Assembly: GCA_965112735.1 (NCBI GenBank)
Contig: OZ218953.1
Coordinates: 3,844,001-3,908,000, forward strand
Length of the DNA stretch: 64,000 bases
Direction of reading: 5' to 3'
Origin: Phaeosaccion multiseriatum
Lineage: Eukaryota; Protista; Ochrophyta, other classes
In this document: positions 37,501 through 49,200 of the stretch, in pieces
Position numbering within the stretch: position 1 is the first letter of the stretch
Layout: each line of letters starts with the position of its first letter
Translations under genes and position numbers: made by a program
Notes under the pieces: generated by a model
Databases searched by the model: none
What the model was told of the DNA's origin: nothing
What the model saw: the letters and a program-made list of their open reading frames with translations, nothing else

Positions 37501-37816
37501 ACGCTCTCTGTCTCTTATCTTGCTGACTTGCGCTCTTTCCCCTCTTCTGTGTGTCCTTCCCGCGCTTCCCCTCTCGCAGGACGTCAAACCGTACGTGCCA
37601 TATTGCGACAGCTTCTCGACCGCTAAATGCGGGTGGCTCGACGAGCTCGTCAGTAATGGCTCCTGCGAAGGGGGCGGAGAGGCGCCCCTCCACCACCACC
37701 ACCAGCAGCAGCAGCATGAGCAGCAAGCTGACTTCTTGGGTAGCTACAGCGTGGGGGCTGCGCTCGTGCAGCGGCAGCAACAGGAGCATGAACTGGCAGA
37801 GCATGAGCAGGAGTAG
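34503..37816 (+). CDS. TrmO/TsaA (YaeB) tRNA m6t6A37 methyltransferase domain fused behind a TM segment and a HET-like domain
   Basis: C-terminal VAVVRSPYKERFGTPRQP, LEDLE|GFEYVWL, KVRPPRL..VGLFATRSPHRPNP, SGLDLLDGTPVL|DVKPYVPYCD is typical TrmO. Upstream exons (ILFVSHR|W, FVWIDTASV, ARAWPALEF) join it in frame through canonical junctions. Confidence 0.85.
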
Positions 37817-37878
37817 AACGAGCCATCCGTCGACGATCTGGTTGAGGAGGACTCCACGCGAGCCTCCGGAGCAGTGAC

Positions 37879-40644
37879 TCAGAGGAGGTCCCCTGTGGCC
37901 TTGTACTGTGACGGCACCTCACTTGCCTGACCTGCCACCTCGTTCGGACTACGTCCCCCCTCTCCCTTCCCTGCTGCTGGTGCCGCCGCCTGCTGTCGCA
38001 CGGGAATGGGGTGCAAGTCCACGTCGCCAGGACTGTCTTCTTCGGAGGAGCCGCCCGTGTCCATGGGGCTGAAGCCACGCATGCTGGAAAAGCAGCAGCA
38101 GCAGCAGTTGTCGTCGCAATTTTGACGCTTGTGCGCCATCTGTTGCGCAATCTCCTCCGGCTCCTTGCCAAGCGTCTCCGGCGCAAAGTGGTAAATGAAC
38201 AACAAGCCTGGGATGGGGTGCCGTACCGTACAGCCGCACGATCAAACAAGGAACAGCAGAGTGCCAGAGCGTCAAAATACGAGGCGGAGATGAGCCAACG
38301 CCGCCCAATCAAGTACTTAAGTACTACGTAGTATAAGGCATGCATCATCATCATCACCATCATTATCATCATCACCACCATCATCCCGTCTTGGTGTGGT
38401 ATGGGGTAGGGTGGTGGCTTCAGTTCGAGGCTCTCACCTAAGAGGCTCAAGATGGACATGCCAAAAAAAGTAGCAGCCTCGCCCACGGCATGCAGACAGC
38501 CGAGGAAGCGGACCGTCACGGCGAAGTTGAAGAGCCAATTTGCCGTCAGCGATATCCCAATCGCCCTGACACGCACAGAGACCAAGAGTACACCGACAAC
38601 AGAAAGCAGCAGTTGGTGATACAGCAGCGCTGGTGAAGGGCATCGAAGATTGGGGCGAGGGAGACAGGCGGAGACGGAAAGAGGGAGAGAACAATTCATT
38701 AGGCAACAATGGTGTTCACGTCACACGACCCTTACCTTCCTCGTAGACTCGAAGGGAACATCTCACTGGTCAACAGCCACGTAATGGGCCCATCGCCTAA
38801 CGCGTACGCAGCCACAACACAGCAGCACCCCGCGAAGGCCAAAGCAGAGGCCGTGGTAGTGCCCCGTATGAAGGGGAGGAAGCTCATCCCTGTAACAGAT
38901 GAGGGCAAGGAGGAGAGGACGGAGGCGAGGCAGTAACGACAAACAAGTGCGTGTTTGTCGTACAACAAGAAATGTAAAGAGGGGTTTCTTCCATGGTTTG
39001 ACAGGAGCAAGTTGGCGCACTCCCTCCACTCACCGAGCACGCTCAAGCTGCAGGTCATGATAATCGAGCCCAGGAGGAGTAGTGTCCTCCGTCCAGCATG
39101 GTCGACCTTGAGCACAGCCACAGCCGTGAAAAACACCTGGAAAGGCAGGGCAGGGCAGGGTAGGGCAGTTGGTGATGTGAGGCAGGGCAGGGCGGTGCAG
39201 TGAAGGAAGCACGGGGGCAAAAGGGGGAGATCTAGAGGGAGAGCCCAATCCGTCTATTACCCCCCATCTCGCTTGGAAAGGACGACTTGCTCTTCTGCTT
39301 CCGAGCGATGAGTGTAACCCACCTTGACCAGACCGAGCCCGACAGTTGCGGCGTAGTTGCTCCCCTTTATGCCCGCCCTGGCGAACACCTCAGGTGCATA
39401 GTAAAGCACGTTGGCCTGTCCGGTCAGCTGCTGAACCATCATCAGCCCCAAGCCGACGAGCAGCTGCGGACGCCAATAACGGATGAGATCAATCGCATGT
39501 GCCCCGCCGCTAGCTTCTTGAGACTTGCGAATCCTCTCCGCCTCCGCTTCAACCAGACGAAGTGAGCGGTCCTGCTCTCCGTCTCCTCCTCGTCCCATTG
39601 CTGCTGGGTCCAAAGCATCCGTGCTTGACGCCGAGCTCGATAGAGGTCCGTTCTGCTCCCCCCTTCCACGGGCACCAGCAGCCCCACCAAGGCCTCCTTG
39701 TTCTGTTCCTCCCCCGTCTTCAGCTCCACGATATCCGTAAATCTCGTGCAGCACTCGCATGGCTGCTCGCTCTTGGCCGTGTTCAAAAAGCCAAGAGGGG
39801 CTCTCGGGAACAGTCTTCATTCCCAACAGCTGTAGCGCCGCCAACACGCCTGCCCTCGTATCATGGGCACAGTCGGGGATGAGAGGGTGAGGGCAGTGTC
39901 CTACGCTCCCATTGGTGCCCTTTAGCTCGGAAGGTACCTATATAACGTACTTGAGCCCTCCACACACACACACGCAAACGCACTGTACCTGTGAAGCCAA
40001 ACATGAATCGCCAGCCATCCGTGACGTCTCTCAGGAGGAAAGAGATGAAGAAGGACAGGAGGACGCCGACGCTTATCATGATCTCGTTCATGCTGACTAT
40101 TGCGCCTCGGACGCTATGCGGCGAAACCTGCAAGGCGGAGGTGGGGCAAGCCGCATGAGCTTGACTGCTGCATGTTCTCTGCCGGAGAGTGGGCTACGTG
40201 CTACCTTACCTCAGTCAGATAGGCGACGTCAGCTATAGCGCTGACCGACACCGCCACCCCGATCAGGAACCTCCCTACGAACAGCATCGGCAATCCCTGG
40301 GCAGCACATAAGAAAACTGTCCCGATGATGAAGCAGAAGTCCGTCAGCATGATCGCCCTGAGCCGGCCAAGCCGATCCGTAAGCAGCCCGCCCAAAGGTG
40401 CGCCTACGGTTGCTCCTACTAGAAGGGCGGACACAAAGAGGTCTTGTTGGAGAAAGGACAACCCCATTGACTCAGCGAGCTGAAAGTTCGCCCCGGCCAC
40501 AACTCCGAGGTCATAGCCGAAGAGTAGCCCCCCAATGCTACCGAATAAGGCGACTCGTACACAGAAGCGCTTCGCCTTGGGAGAGAGGTATGTATCCACC
40601 ACGGTCGTGTGTTCCGTAAAGGAGGGATTGGAGTAATTGATCAT
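37879..40644 (-). CDS. MFS sugar porter (GLUT10/12- or plant VGT-like)
   Basis: GGLLFGYDLGVVAGA; DRLGR; AYLTE|VSP..RG; PESPSWL; QQLTGQANVLYYAP; VDHAGRRTLLL; GPITWLLTSEMFP..RGRA; NWLFNF; PETLGKEPEEI. Confidence 0.93.
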
Positions 40645-40933
40645 GATCAACGATGTTGCCACAGCCGGTCTTTTCTTTCTCTCCGCTTTTCTTTGCAAGA
40701 ACAAAGTCAGGAAGTGTGGCGAAGCCAACACCGCCGTCCTCTACAGTATGTTGGATATATATCCTTTATGTTATATCCGGCTACCGCCCTCCTCCGCCCC
40801 ATACTCCTCCAAATCCACTGACTTACCGAGAAATTTCTCGCGCGATCCCTCCCCCCCCCCGAAGAGTACCACGAGTTGCTTACGACATAAGAACTCAGGT
40901 GCCCCAAGTGCATCTACTCTACCGAATAGCGAC

Positions 40934-43513
40934 ATGTCGAAGTTTCTGAAGGCTCTGGGCATGGCCTTTGATGAGAACAAGGTCGGTTTCTTCTCCTCTC
41001 TCCCAGCTTTAATCTCTCCGAACCCAACTCTCTTTTCTACAATCACCCTTCTCTTGCCTCTTTCTCCACGTCATTCCCCCCTCCTCCTCCTACAGACTAA
41101 GCCCACTTTAACTCTGTGTCTTTCTCTGTCTTCCTCCCCTCATTCATATGTCATCCTCTTTATTAGCTCTTTCTCCCCACCTCTTCTCTCGCGCCCTCTC
41201 TCTCTCCTTCAGGCCAAACCGAACCTGAAGATGAGCGTTCAGCGGTTGCGCATCCTCATTAATAAGAAGACGAACAATGTCAAGCGGAATAAGAACGAAA
41301 TCGCTTTGCTCCTGAGGGAGGGCAAGGAGGAGAAGGCGAGGATCAGGGTGGAGCAGGTCATCCGTGAAGAAAACACGATAGAGGCCTATGAGATTTTAGG
41401 TGGGTGATCAAGGGGAGAGGGGGGGGGGCAAAGGCCTTTCCATTCCTGGCTTCCCTGTGTACCTTTAGACCCCTCTTATCATCCACCCCCTTAGAGTGCT
41501 GTATCTGAGCCTCCCTCCAACCCTCCCCACCCCCCCCCCCGGCTTTAGATCTTCATTGCGAGCTACTGGCGGAGCGAATTCCCTACGTCGTCTCCGAGAA
41601 GGAGTGTCCGGAGGACCTGCGAGAGTGTGTGTGCACCCTCATGTGGGCCGCCAACAGGTCTGAAGTGCCGGAGCTGCAGGTGGTAAAGGTAAGCAGTGGA
41701 ACCCCGTGCAGCTTTCAGCAAGGCACACAAAGCGTTACAGTGAAGGGGGGGGATGAATGCGGGGGCGCTGCTCTTTTTCAAGAAGTTGGGCATAATGAGG
41801 AGCCATCTTGTCGAGTTTTCCTTCTCGACTTACCTCTTGTTGATGACCGCCCTCCTCTCGCCCCCTCGTCCACCCACCCCCCTCTGTGTGCCTCGCCCAC
41901 CTGCTTGCAGATTCAATTTGGTGAGTTCCGGAGCGAGGTAGTGGGACAGGGGGGAATGGGGTGGGGGGGGGGTCCGGCGATGGTTGTCCCCAATCGCGTC
42001 GATGGGACTCAACTTCGGCAAGAGAGTTGGCGGGGTGCATTGTAAGACCATGTTTTTCGCTGTACGCAGATGCTCATTTCTGTGAGATTGCCCACCCCGT
42101 TCTGATCATGTCAACGTTTTCTTGTGCCGACCTGACTTTCCCTCTTCCTCCACTGCGCCTCTCTGCGTCTCGTACAGGCAAGAAATACGGCAAGGAGTTT
42201 GTGGAAATGGCTGAGGGCAACGAGGGGGGCTGCGTGACGGAAAAGGTAGTGTACAAGCTCCGGGTGGACCCTCCTTCTGCTTCTTTGACGTACAAGACCC
42301 TGAAAGCGGTGAGTGCGTAAGGCTTGGACTTTGCCCGTCACGATGCTCACTCTCCATACCGAATGCTGCTGCTCTCCTCTCTGCCTCATCGCTTGAGCTC
42401 ACCCCTTGCCCATTTGGACGTGTCGCCTTTGTATGGTCCCTTTGTGGCGCCCCTCCCACAGATCGCAGACGAGTACGATATCGAATACTCCACATCCTAC
42501 AACATCGATTCTCCCTCCGAGATTCTTGCCTCCCCCTCCGGCGCAGTGCCCACGGCAATGGACTATAGCGAAGCGTACGGGGAGACAGGAGGCGGAGGCG
42601 GGGGGGGGGGCGGTGCGAGTTACAATGTGAGTAGTGCTGGGAGGCTGTCCGCGTCGTCCGCTTGCTTGGGGGATGAAAGGGCAATCGAGAGCGTTCGTGC
42701 CCGAGTCATACAGAAGGAAATGTCTAATGTCGTGGTCTGCCGTGTCTACCTTCATTTCACCAAATCTCGTGTGGCCCTGTCCGTATATACTTTCTAATCT
42801 GCGTGCAAGCAGAATGGCGGCCACGTGTGGGCGCCCGATGAAGCGGGTAAGATAGGGTATGTCGCACCAAGACCAGCGGCAGGAGCGACAGGAGGGCAGG
42901 GCCCTGCACATGCGCAGCAACAGGGGCACGATAGCGGCTACGATGCTGGAGGGTACGGCGGCCAAGCCGGGCCGCTTCCTCCTGCCTCTGCTGTAAATGG
43001 GGGGACGGGTGGCCCATTAACACCTTCCACACCAGGGATTCCTGTGGCGGAGCCAGTCATGCCCTTGCAGCCGCAGAGGACGCATTCCTTCTCTCTGCAC
43101 GACATCCCCTCGGCCCCAGGCGTTGAGGAGCAGCTACCGTCCTACCACGAGGCCATGGGTAGTGAGAAGGGTGCCGCCGAAGCAGCAGCAGCCGCCAAAG
43201 CGGAGACACCAGCAGCAGGTGAGCCGCGTGGTGGAGCGAGGGCGTCCTGAGAGGGGACAGATCCATATCGATGATCCAAGGACCCGCTGAGTGCTTTCTT
43301 TGCCATCTTCTTCGCCCCGAGATCGGTTTGCCCTGCTCTATTGCCTTGTGTGCTGATTGCTCCTGCTTGCTGCCCGTGCTCATCCTCCTCTCCCCCCGCC
43401 CTTTCGTCCGCCCCTCTCCTTGCTTACTTCCGCCAGAGGCGAAGCCGAAGAACGATGGGGGAGCTTCGATGGACGACTTGGCAGCACGCTTCGCAGCGCT
43501 GCACCGTAAATGA
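40934..43513 (+). CDS. IST1: IST1, ESCRT-III-associated regulator of Vps4
   Basis: KPNLKMSVQRL..KK..EIALLLREGKEEKARIRVEQVIREENTIEAYEIL|DLHCELLAERI..CPEDLRECVCTLMWAANRSEVPEL..KYGKEF; C-terminal MIM1-like DDLAARFAALHRK*. Confidence 0.95.
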
Positions 43514-43570
43514 GCCCTTCAGAACTGTTAACTTTGAGGTGTATAAACAATTCAAGGGTTGTATCTTATG

Positions 43571-43571
<1 letters not shown>

Positions 43572-43602
<31 letters not shown>

Positions 43603-44442
43603 CGCAGCTCTTTAAGCCTGGCAAGGGCCTGGGTCCGGTGCTGCAAAACCTGCTCCACGGCGGCGCTGATGTTTCTCTTCTTGGCGAGGGCCAAGTCTCG
43701 CCGTGCTTCCTCCCTGGCAATTCGCGCACGTAGCTCCCACGCGCCACTAGCTCGGCTTTTCGCCCCGCCTTGAGCTGCTGCAGGGGTACCTTCGTCTTTG
43801 TGCCGCTGGTGCTGCCCCCATGGCCATGTGTTCCCCGCCTCTAATTCGTTGCCGCTCTGCTCGTGCACACGCTGCTGCTGGTCCTGTTTGTCCTCGTCGT
43901 GCCGGTGTTGCTCCTGCCATATCCGCCCGTCTCCCGACTGCGCGCGATACGGTGGCGCAGTTTCAATGTACATTGAGCCGGCCCGTGTTGCTCGCCCCTC
44001 TCCCCGCCTCCGGCGCCTTCTCGTGCCGTTGCTGCTGCCAACACCCTTCCCAAGGCGCCCTGCCAAGTTCGACCATACCACTGCAGCGCCCTGGCTCGCC
44101 CCTTTCCAGGTTATGCCAGCCTTCTCGTCCGCCTTCTCGTCCGCCATTGCTTCATATCCAGGAGAAGCACTCGTCCCACTGCCGTCACCCGAAGCGACAC
44201 ATGTATTCCCCCACCACACCCCTATCCCCCTCATCTTGTGCATCTGACGGGACACGGATTGAAGGCGTTATGAGGGGGGCTAGGGTCTTTGTCGGGGAGG
44301 TTTCAACCACCTAGGAAAAACGTACCTGCTGCACGCGTTTGAGCTGCTGCTTCTCCTCCTTGGAAGCCGGGGGAAGAGCCGGGTCGGACAGCGCATTGTC
44401 CGATACCCAACCTGTGTCCTGCTCTCCTATATTCAATATCAT
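43572..44442 (-). CDS. Hypothetical protein with a C-terminal coiled-coil and poly-Q
   Basis: Exon MILNIGEQDTGW..KRVQQ|gtacgt, then a long exon ending ARIAREEARRDLALAKKR..QQQQ*. The start codon is uncertain. Confidence 0.45.
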
Positions 44443-44727
44443 TCTTACGCAAAAGCTGTTCCTTGCTTGATGAGATGTGCGAGGCAACCCACCCGCCACT
44501 TCACAGATGGCGAGAAGCGTATAGCCAATCCTCTTACCTTTTTTCCCTCCCGATCTCTCGATCATTTTAATCATAAAGCTTCTCCCTCTCCCTTCTCTTC
44601 CTTCTCCCTAGTACAGCCAACCCTCCTACATTTTATAAGCTCTCGCTCTCCATTCTCTTCATCTTCCTTCTCTTTCTTCTCCCTGCTCCTTTCTCCCTTC
44701 TCCTTTGAAGACCTTCCTCCCTTTCCT

Positions 44728-45901
44728 ATGAGGCGATTAGCCCTCTGCTCGCTCCGCGGGTACCCTCAGGGCTCCAGTCGGTGCCGCGGCTTCGGCGTCG
44801 AAAGAAGCCAAAGAAAAGAGATCAGCACGACGATTAAACAATGCGCATCTTCTGGCCGGATCCTTGACCCTTACATCCACCTGGACGAGGACCCGTCTCT
44901 TTTCAGCACGGAGGGCTTGAAGCTCAAAGCCTCGCGGATCCGCAGCCACGGGAAGTCCATGGTGGCTGCAGCGCACATCATGGTACGGGCAGAGGAAGTA
45001 GAAGTAGAAGCGGCCAAGAACGTTAATCCTTCATCCTTTCTCCTGTCCGACTCTTGTTTGTTTGCAGAAGTATGCCAAGGGATTCAAGGCCCAGGCATTC
45101 CCTCCCGTAGCGGAGGCGCTTTATGGCCAGGTGATGGAGGCCAATCGATTGGGCGACACCAGCCTCCTCGCTCCGGCTTGCACAGAGGGGCTCTACCAGG
45201 CCCTCAGCACCTCCTTTCTTCAACCCTCGAGACCAGCGGCGCGCGGGGTCGGGGGAGGGGGTGCATACGGTAAACGCCACAAAGGAAAGAGGAGAAGTCG
45301 TCCTACAAGTGGCCAAGGGAGTGGGGAAGGTGAGGGCGGAGGGGAGGAGAGACAGCTCGAACGTCGTACGGTGCTGCGCCTAATGGGGTTTGAGCAGAGG
45401 AGCAAGGTCTTGCAGATTCGCTACGCTTACACCACGAAAGGGGGGAGAATGACCAGCGGGCCTCTAAACAACATTGGTTGGGGACAAGTTACTTGCCAGA
45501 TCTTTTCTCGGAGGCGGAGAGTCCTTGTTGATTCGAAAGGAGAGGTGAGAGGGAGAGCGACGTACCATGGAGCTTGCAGGGAGGCTCACCCACTCTCACC
45601 CCCTCGCTCTTCTGCTGCTGCCTGTGAGTAGGAACACGAGCACGCCTTCTCGGAGGAGACTGCTGAGCTCACCAACCCCACCGTCGTGGTATTCGAGCTC
45701 GACTTTGCACGTGAGTCCCCAGCCCCCCTACCCCCCGACAAGTTACCATCAGCAGCACTCAAATCTGTCCGATTCCCTCTCTTACCACTTGTCGTGTCGC
45801 TCTCACTCGCAGGTGTGGACAGCGGGTGGAAGGTCGCGATGATGCAGGAGGTGGAGTGGACAGACAAGGATAGCCCACCCCCTGTTCATGCTCCCGCATA
45901 A
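44728..45901 (+). CDS. Mitochondrial Tim44-like-domain protein (mL45/MRPL45/Mba1-like)
   Basis: Arg-rich, acid-poor N-terminus; GRILDPY..PSLFSTEGLK; F...AEALYGQVMEA...D...L...CTE; QVTCQIFSR; VVFE..; WKV. Confidence 0.75.
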
Positions 45902-46282
45902 CGTAAAGGAGAGTATGTCTACATATATAACGAAAAAAAAAAAAAGTGAGAGGGTCTTTTCGCCCTCCTTTCTTATTTCAAGTCGCGTCTGGTGTCCCTC
46001 ACTTGTGGCCTGTCCTCGAGGGCCTCTGCTTTCGTGTGTGTGTGCAGTTCGCCCCCTTGTGCCTCCCTTTAGTTGTCCTACTTCTCTACTTCTCTCGAGT
46101 TGCTTTCCGAGTGTTTCTCAGCGATGCGGTACGAGCCACACACCGCCCTCGTCTGAGTTCCCTCTGCGCAGGTCAACACACCAAGATCCACGAGCCGAAC
46201 CCACTACCGCGTACTCTATACTTGCTCGTCTTGCGCTCAGCGATAGACGCTACTCCAGGCCTCTCTCCCTTCGCCGGACGCT

Positions 46283-49200
46283 TCATCGAAGGCCTTTGAT
46301 GAGGTCGAGGATGCCGGTGCTTTGCCCCTTCCTCTTCCCTTTCCCGCCGCTCTTCGTCCCCTTGGTCAACGTGGCCTTCCCCTTGCCCTTGCCCTTTCTC
46401 ATCTTGGGTCCATTCGCTGCCTCGCGAGAGAAGATAGCCAGGCGCTCCTTGTGCCTCTTTTGCAACAGTTTCTCGAACTGCGCATCGTCGCGCTCACATC
46501 CCTTGTGCAGCAGCTCGTCCTGTGGCGTAGAAGGGAACGAGAGCGAAATGATTAAAAGCGTGAGTAAACGGGTGCGAAACTTCTTACAAAGTCGCCAGGA
46601 GGCTGGAATACAGTCCACAGTGCGTTGTGAGCATAGATAGTAGTAGTTAGCCAATTCCAGAGGAATGGAGCAAGAGCTCGTACAGAGTTGAGGCATGTTT
46701 GACTCTTACCAGCGCGCGCTGGAGAGCTTCGGAGGCGTGGATCTTCTTGTCCATTCGATTGCGCAGAGCGGTCATGAGCTGAGTGTGGTCCTTGTGACTA
46801 CTCTCCAGCTGCGCGAGGTACGTGGGGCCGGGTGGCAGCAAAGGGGGGTTTAGGTGCGAGACGAGTATGCATTGGTGCAAAGGGAGGCTGGACAAAGATT
46901 CCCTAGCTACCAAGGTGGGCTTTGGACAGGGGGATGTGTGAAGACAAAGAACAAGAAGAAGACGGCGAAGCAAGAAGAAGAGTGATGCAACCCTTGGGGA
47001 CTAACCTGCTGCTGGGCGTTTTGCGCTTCACTGAAGAGCATTTCTCCCTGCTTGGACACGTCGGCCGCGCTCGCCTTCCAGTGGTTCACAAAGGTCTCTT
47101 TGGTTCCTCGAAGGCACTCCGACCCCTCCGCTTTGATGCTCTTCACTTTCGCTTTGACTGCCTTCCTCTTCTTCCTCTCCGCCACCGCCAGCGCAGTTTC
47201 TTTGAGGGCTGCGAACAGAACATTCAGCTCTGCCTGGCTCTCTCCTTCTTCCTCCTCTTCATCTTCTTCCTCCTCCTCTTCTCCTTCATCTTCGTCTTCA
47301 TCCTCGTCGTCGTGCTCTTCATCGTTGCCGTTTCCGTCCGACTCAGACTCTTCATCAATCTCTTCAGTGCCGCGCGACTCCTCGATGTCGTCCTCCTCCT
47401 GCCCCTCGCCTTCCTCGTCTCCTCCCGCCCCCCGCCCATGATGCTCATCGTGATCGCTCTGTTCTTCATGTCCCTCGCTCCCATCGTCCTCTCCGTCCTC
47501 CTCGTCGACCTCCTCCCTGGCTCTCTTTCGTCGACCTTCTTCCTCCTCGTGGACCCCTCCCCCCTCCTCATCATCCTCCATGTCCTCATGTTCACTCGGC
47601 ACCTCGTCCTCCTCGTCCTCCACGTGTACACTGTGTTGAGCGAAGGCTGCATCCCCATCGCGACCCTTGCGCTGCTTTCGCTGTGGTCTGCTCCTCGGCG
47701 CAGGTGCAGGGGCCTTCGGTTCCTTTGTCCTGGGCGGCGTGCTGAGTGCCTCGCTGTCGTCTCCAAAAGGTACCGGCGTCGCCGAAGGAGAGGGGGGGGA
47801 GGCCAGGCCACTATCATCATAGGCGTCTAGTGACGGGGACGGTAGAGGCTCATCCTCCATCTCGTCCTGCTCCCCCCCATGGGGAAGCCTGTTGCTCTTA
47901 CTCTTTCGGGCGCCTGCTTTGCCTCTCCCGCCGCGTGCTGGCGCTCGTGCCGCGGTGGAGTCTGTCTTGGCAGCGCGGCTCTTCTTTGGCGGTGCGCGTC
48001 TGCTGCGCTTCTCCTTCTCCGGTTCCTTCTCAGCCTCGTCTTCCTGGACCTCCTTCTGTGGACGACGCTGACGGCCTGGCGAGGATTTCATCACTGCCGC
48101 AAACGACAGCCAAACAGAAGCATTGGAACAGAAGGTTATTTCACGAATGAGGCCAGACGAATCAGTTTCGGAGAAGGACCGGCAGGATGTAAGCACTCAA
48201 GTCGGTGCGTGAGCTATGCGTGCGCTCCCTCTCTCTTCGCTCTCACCTCCTCTGCGATTCTCGTCGCGTGCTTCTCGCCCCTTGGCTCCCTTCTTCTTCT
48301 TGCCACCAGCGGGCGCAGCGTCATGCTCGTCCTCGGATCGTTCTTCTGCTGAGACAAAAGAGGGCGGGTGGGTCGAAGACATTCGCAGTCGAGTGAATGA
48401 GAGCCACGTTCAAGTTTGACCAATCCTCTTCTCAATCCTCGCAACCCAGCAAGGCTGGAGAAGCCCATTCGAGAATGAGTCCCCTCGCTCCATGGGGACC
48501 GGGCCAGTGAGCCGGAGCGGCAAGTACCTTTGCGTAGCTGCCCAACTTCGGCACCATCGAAGCCGTTCGCCTCTTCGTCGGAATCGACTCGCTGCCCCCT
48601 TCTGGCCATCCTCGCACCCGCACCTGACTTCGCGGAGGGAGTCGTAGCGCCGCTCTTGCGCGAGCTCTCACCCGCGGCTCTCCTCCCCCTCTCGTCGCCA
48701 TGCTGCTGCTCCGGCAGGTCTTGTCTGGGTGGAGCCGTCCTCTGCGCGACGATGGAAGCTCGGCGGTCTTTGCCGTACAGGTTCTCCTCCAAGGTCGCCG
48801 TGATACTCTCCAGAGAAGGATACTCGGGGGAGTGCTGAGGTGAGAGTGGCAGGGGAGGTGCAGAGCGATCGATCCTTGTAAGAAAATACAAACAGGCGTG
48901 TGGCATCTACCTCGCTCTTCGCTCCTCACCTCATCGCCGCCCCAGCCGCCGCGCGGATTGCTCAGGCGAAAAAGCAGGTCGCATGTGGTCGTTCCTGGCG
49001 GGGGTCTCGTAATGCGAGACTCCAGGGAAGGAACGTCCTTGAATGAAACCTTCACCCGTACGCCGGTGCCCCCGTCGCCGCTTTTCCCGCCGCCGTCAAT
49101 CTCCGCCTCGTAGATGGCCTACGTGTAAGAAAGAGTGCGTGTGTGAGGAGACCGACTCGTCGCAGGCAAAGGTATTCAACGAGACACAACACACACAGCC

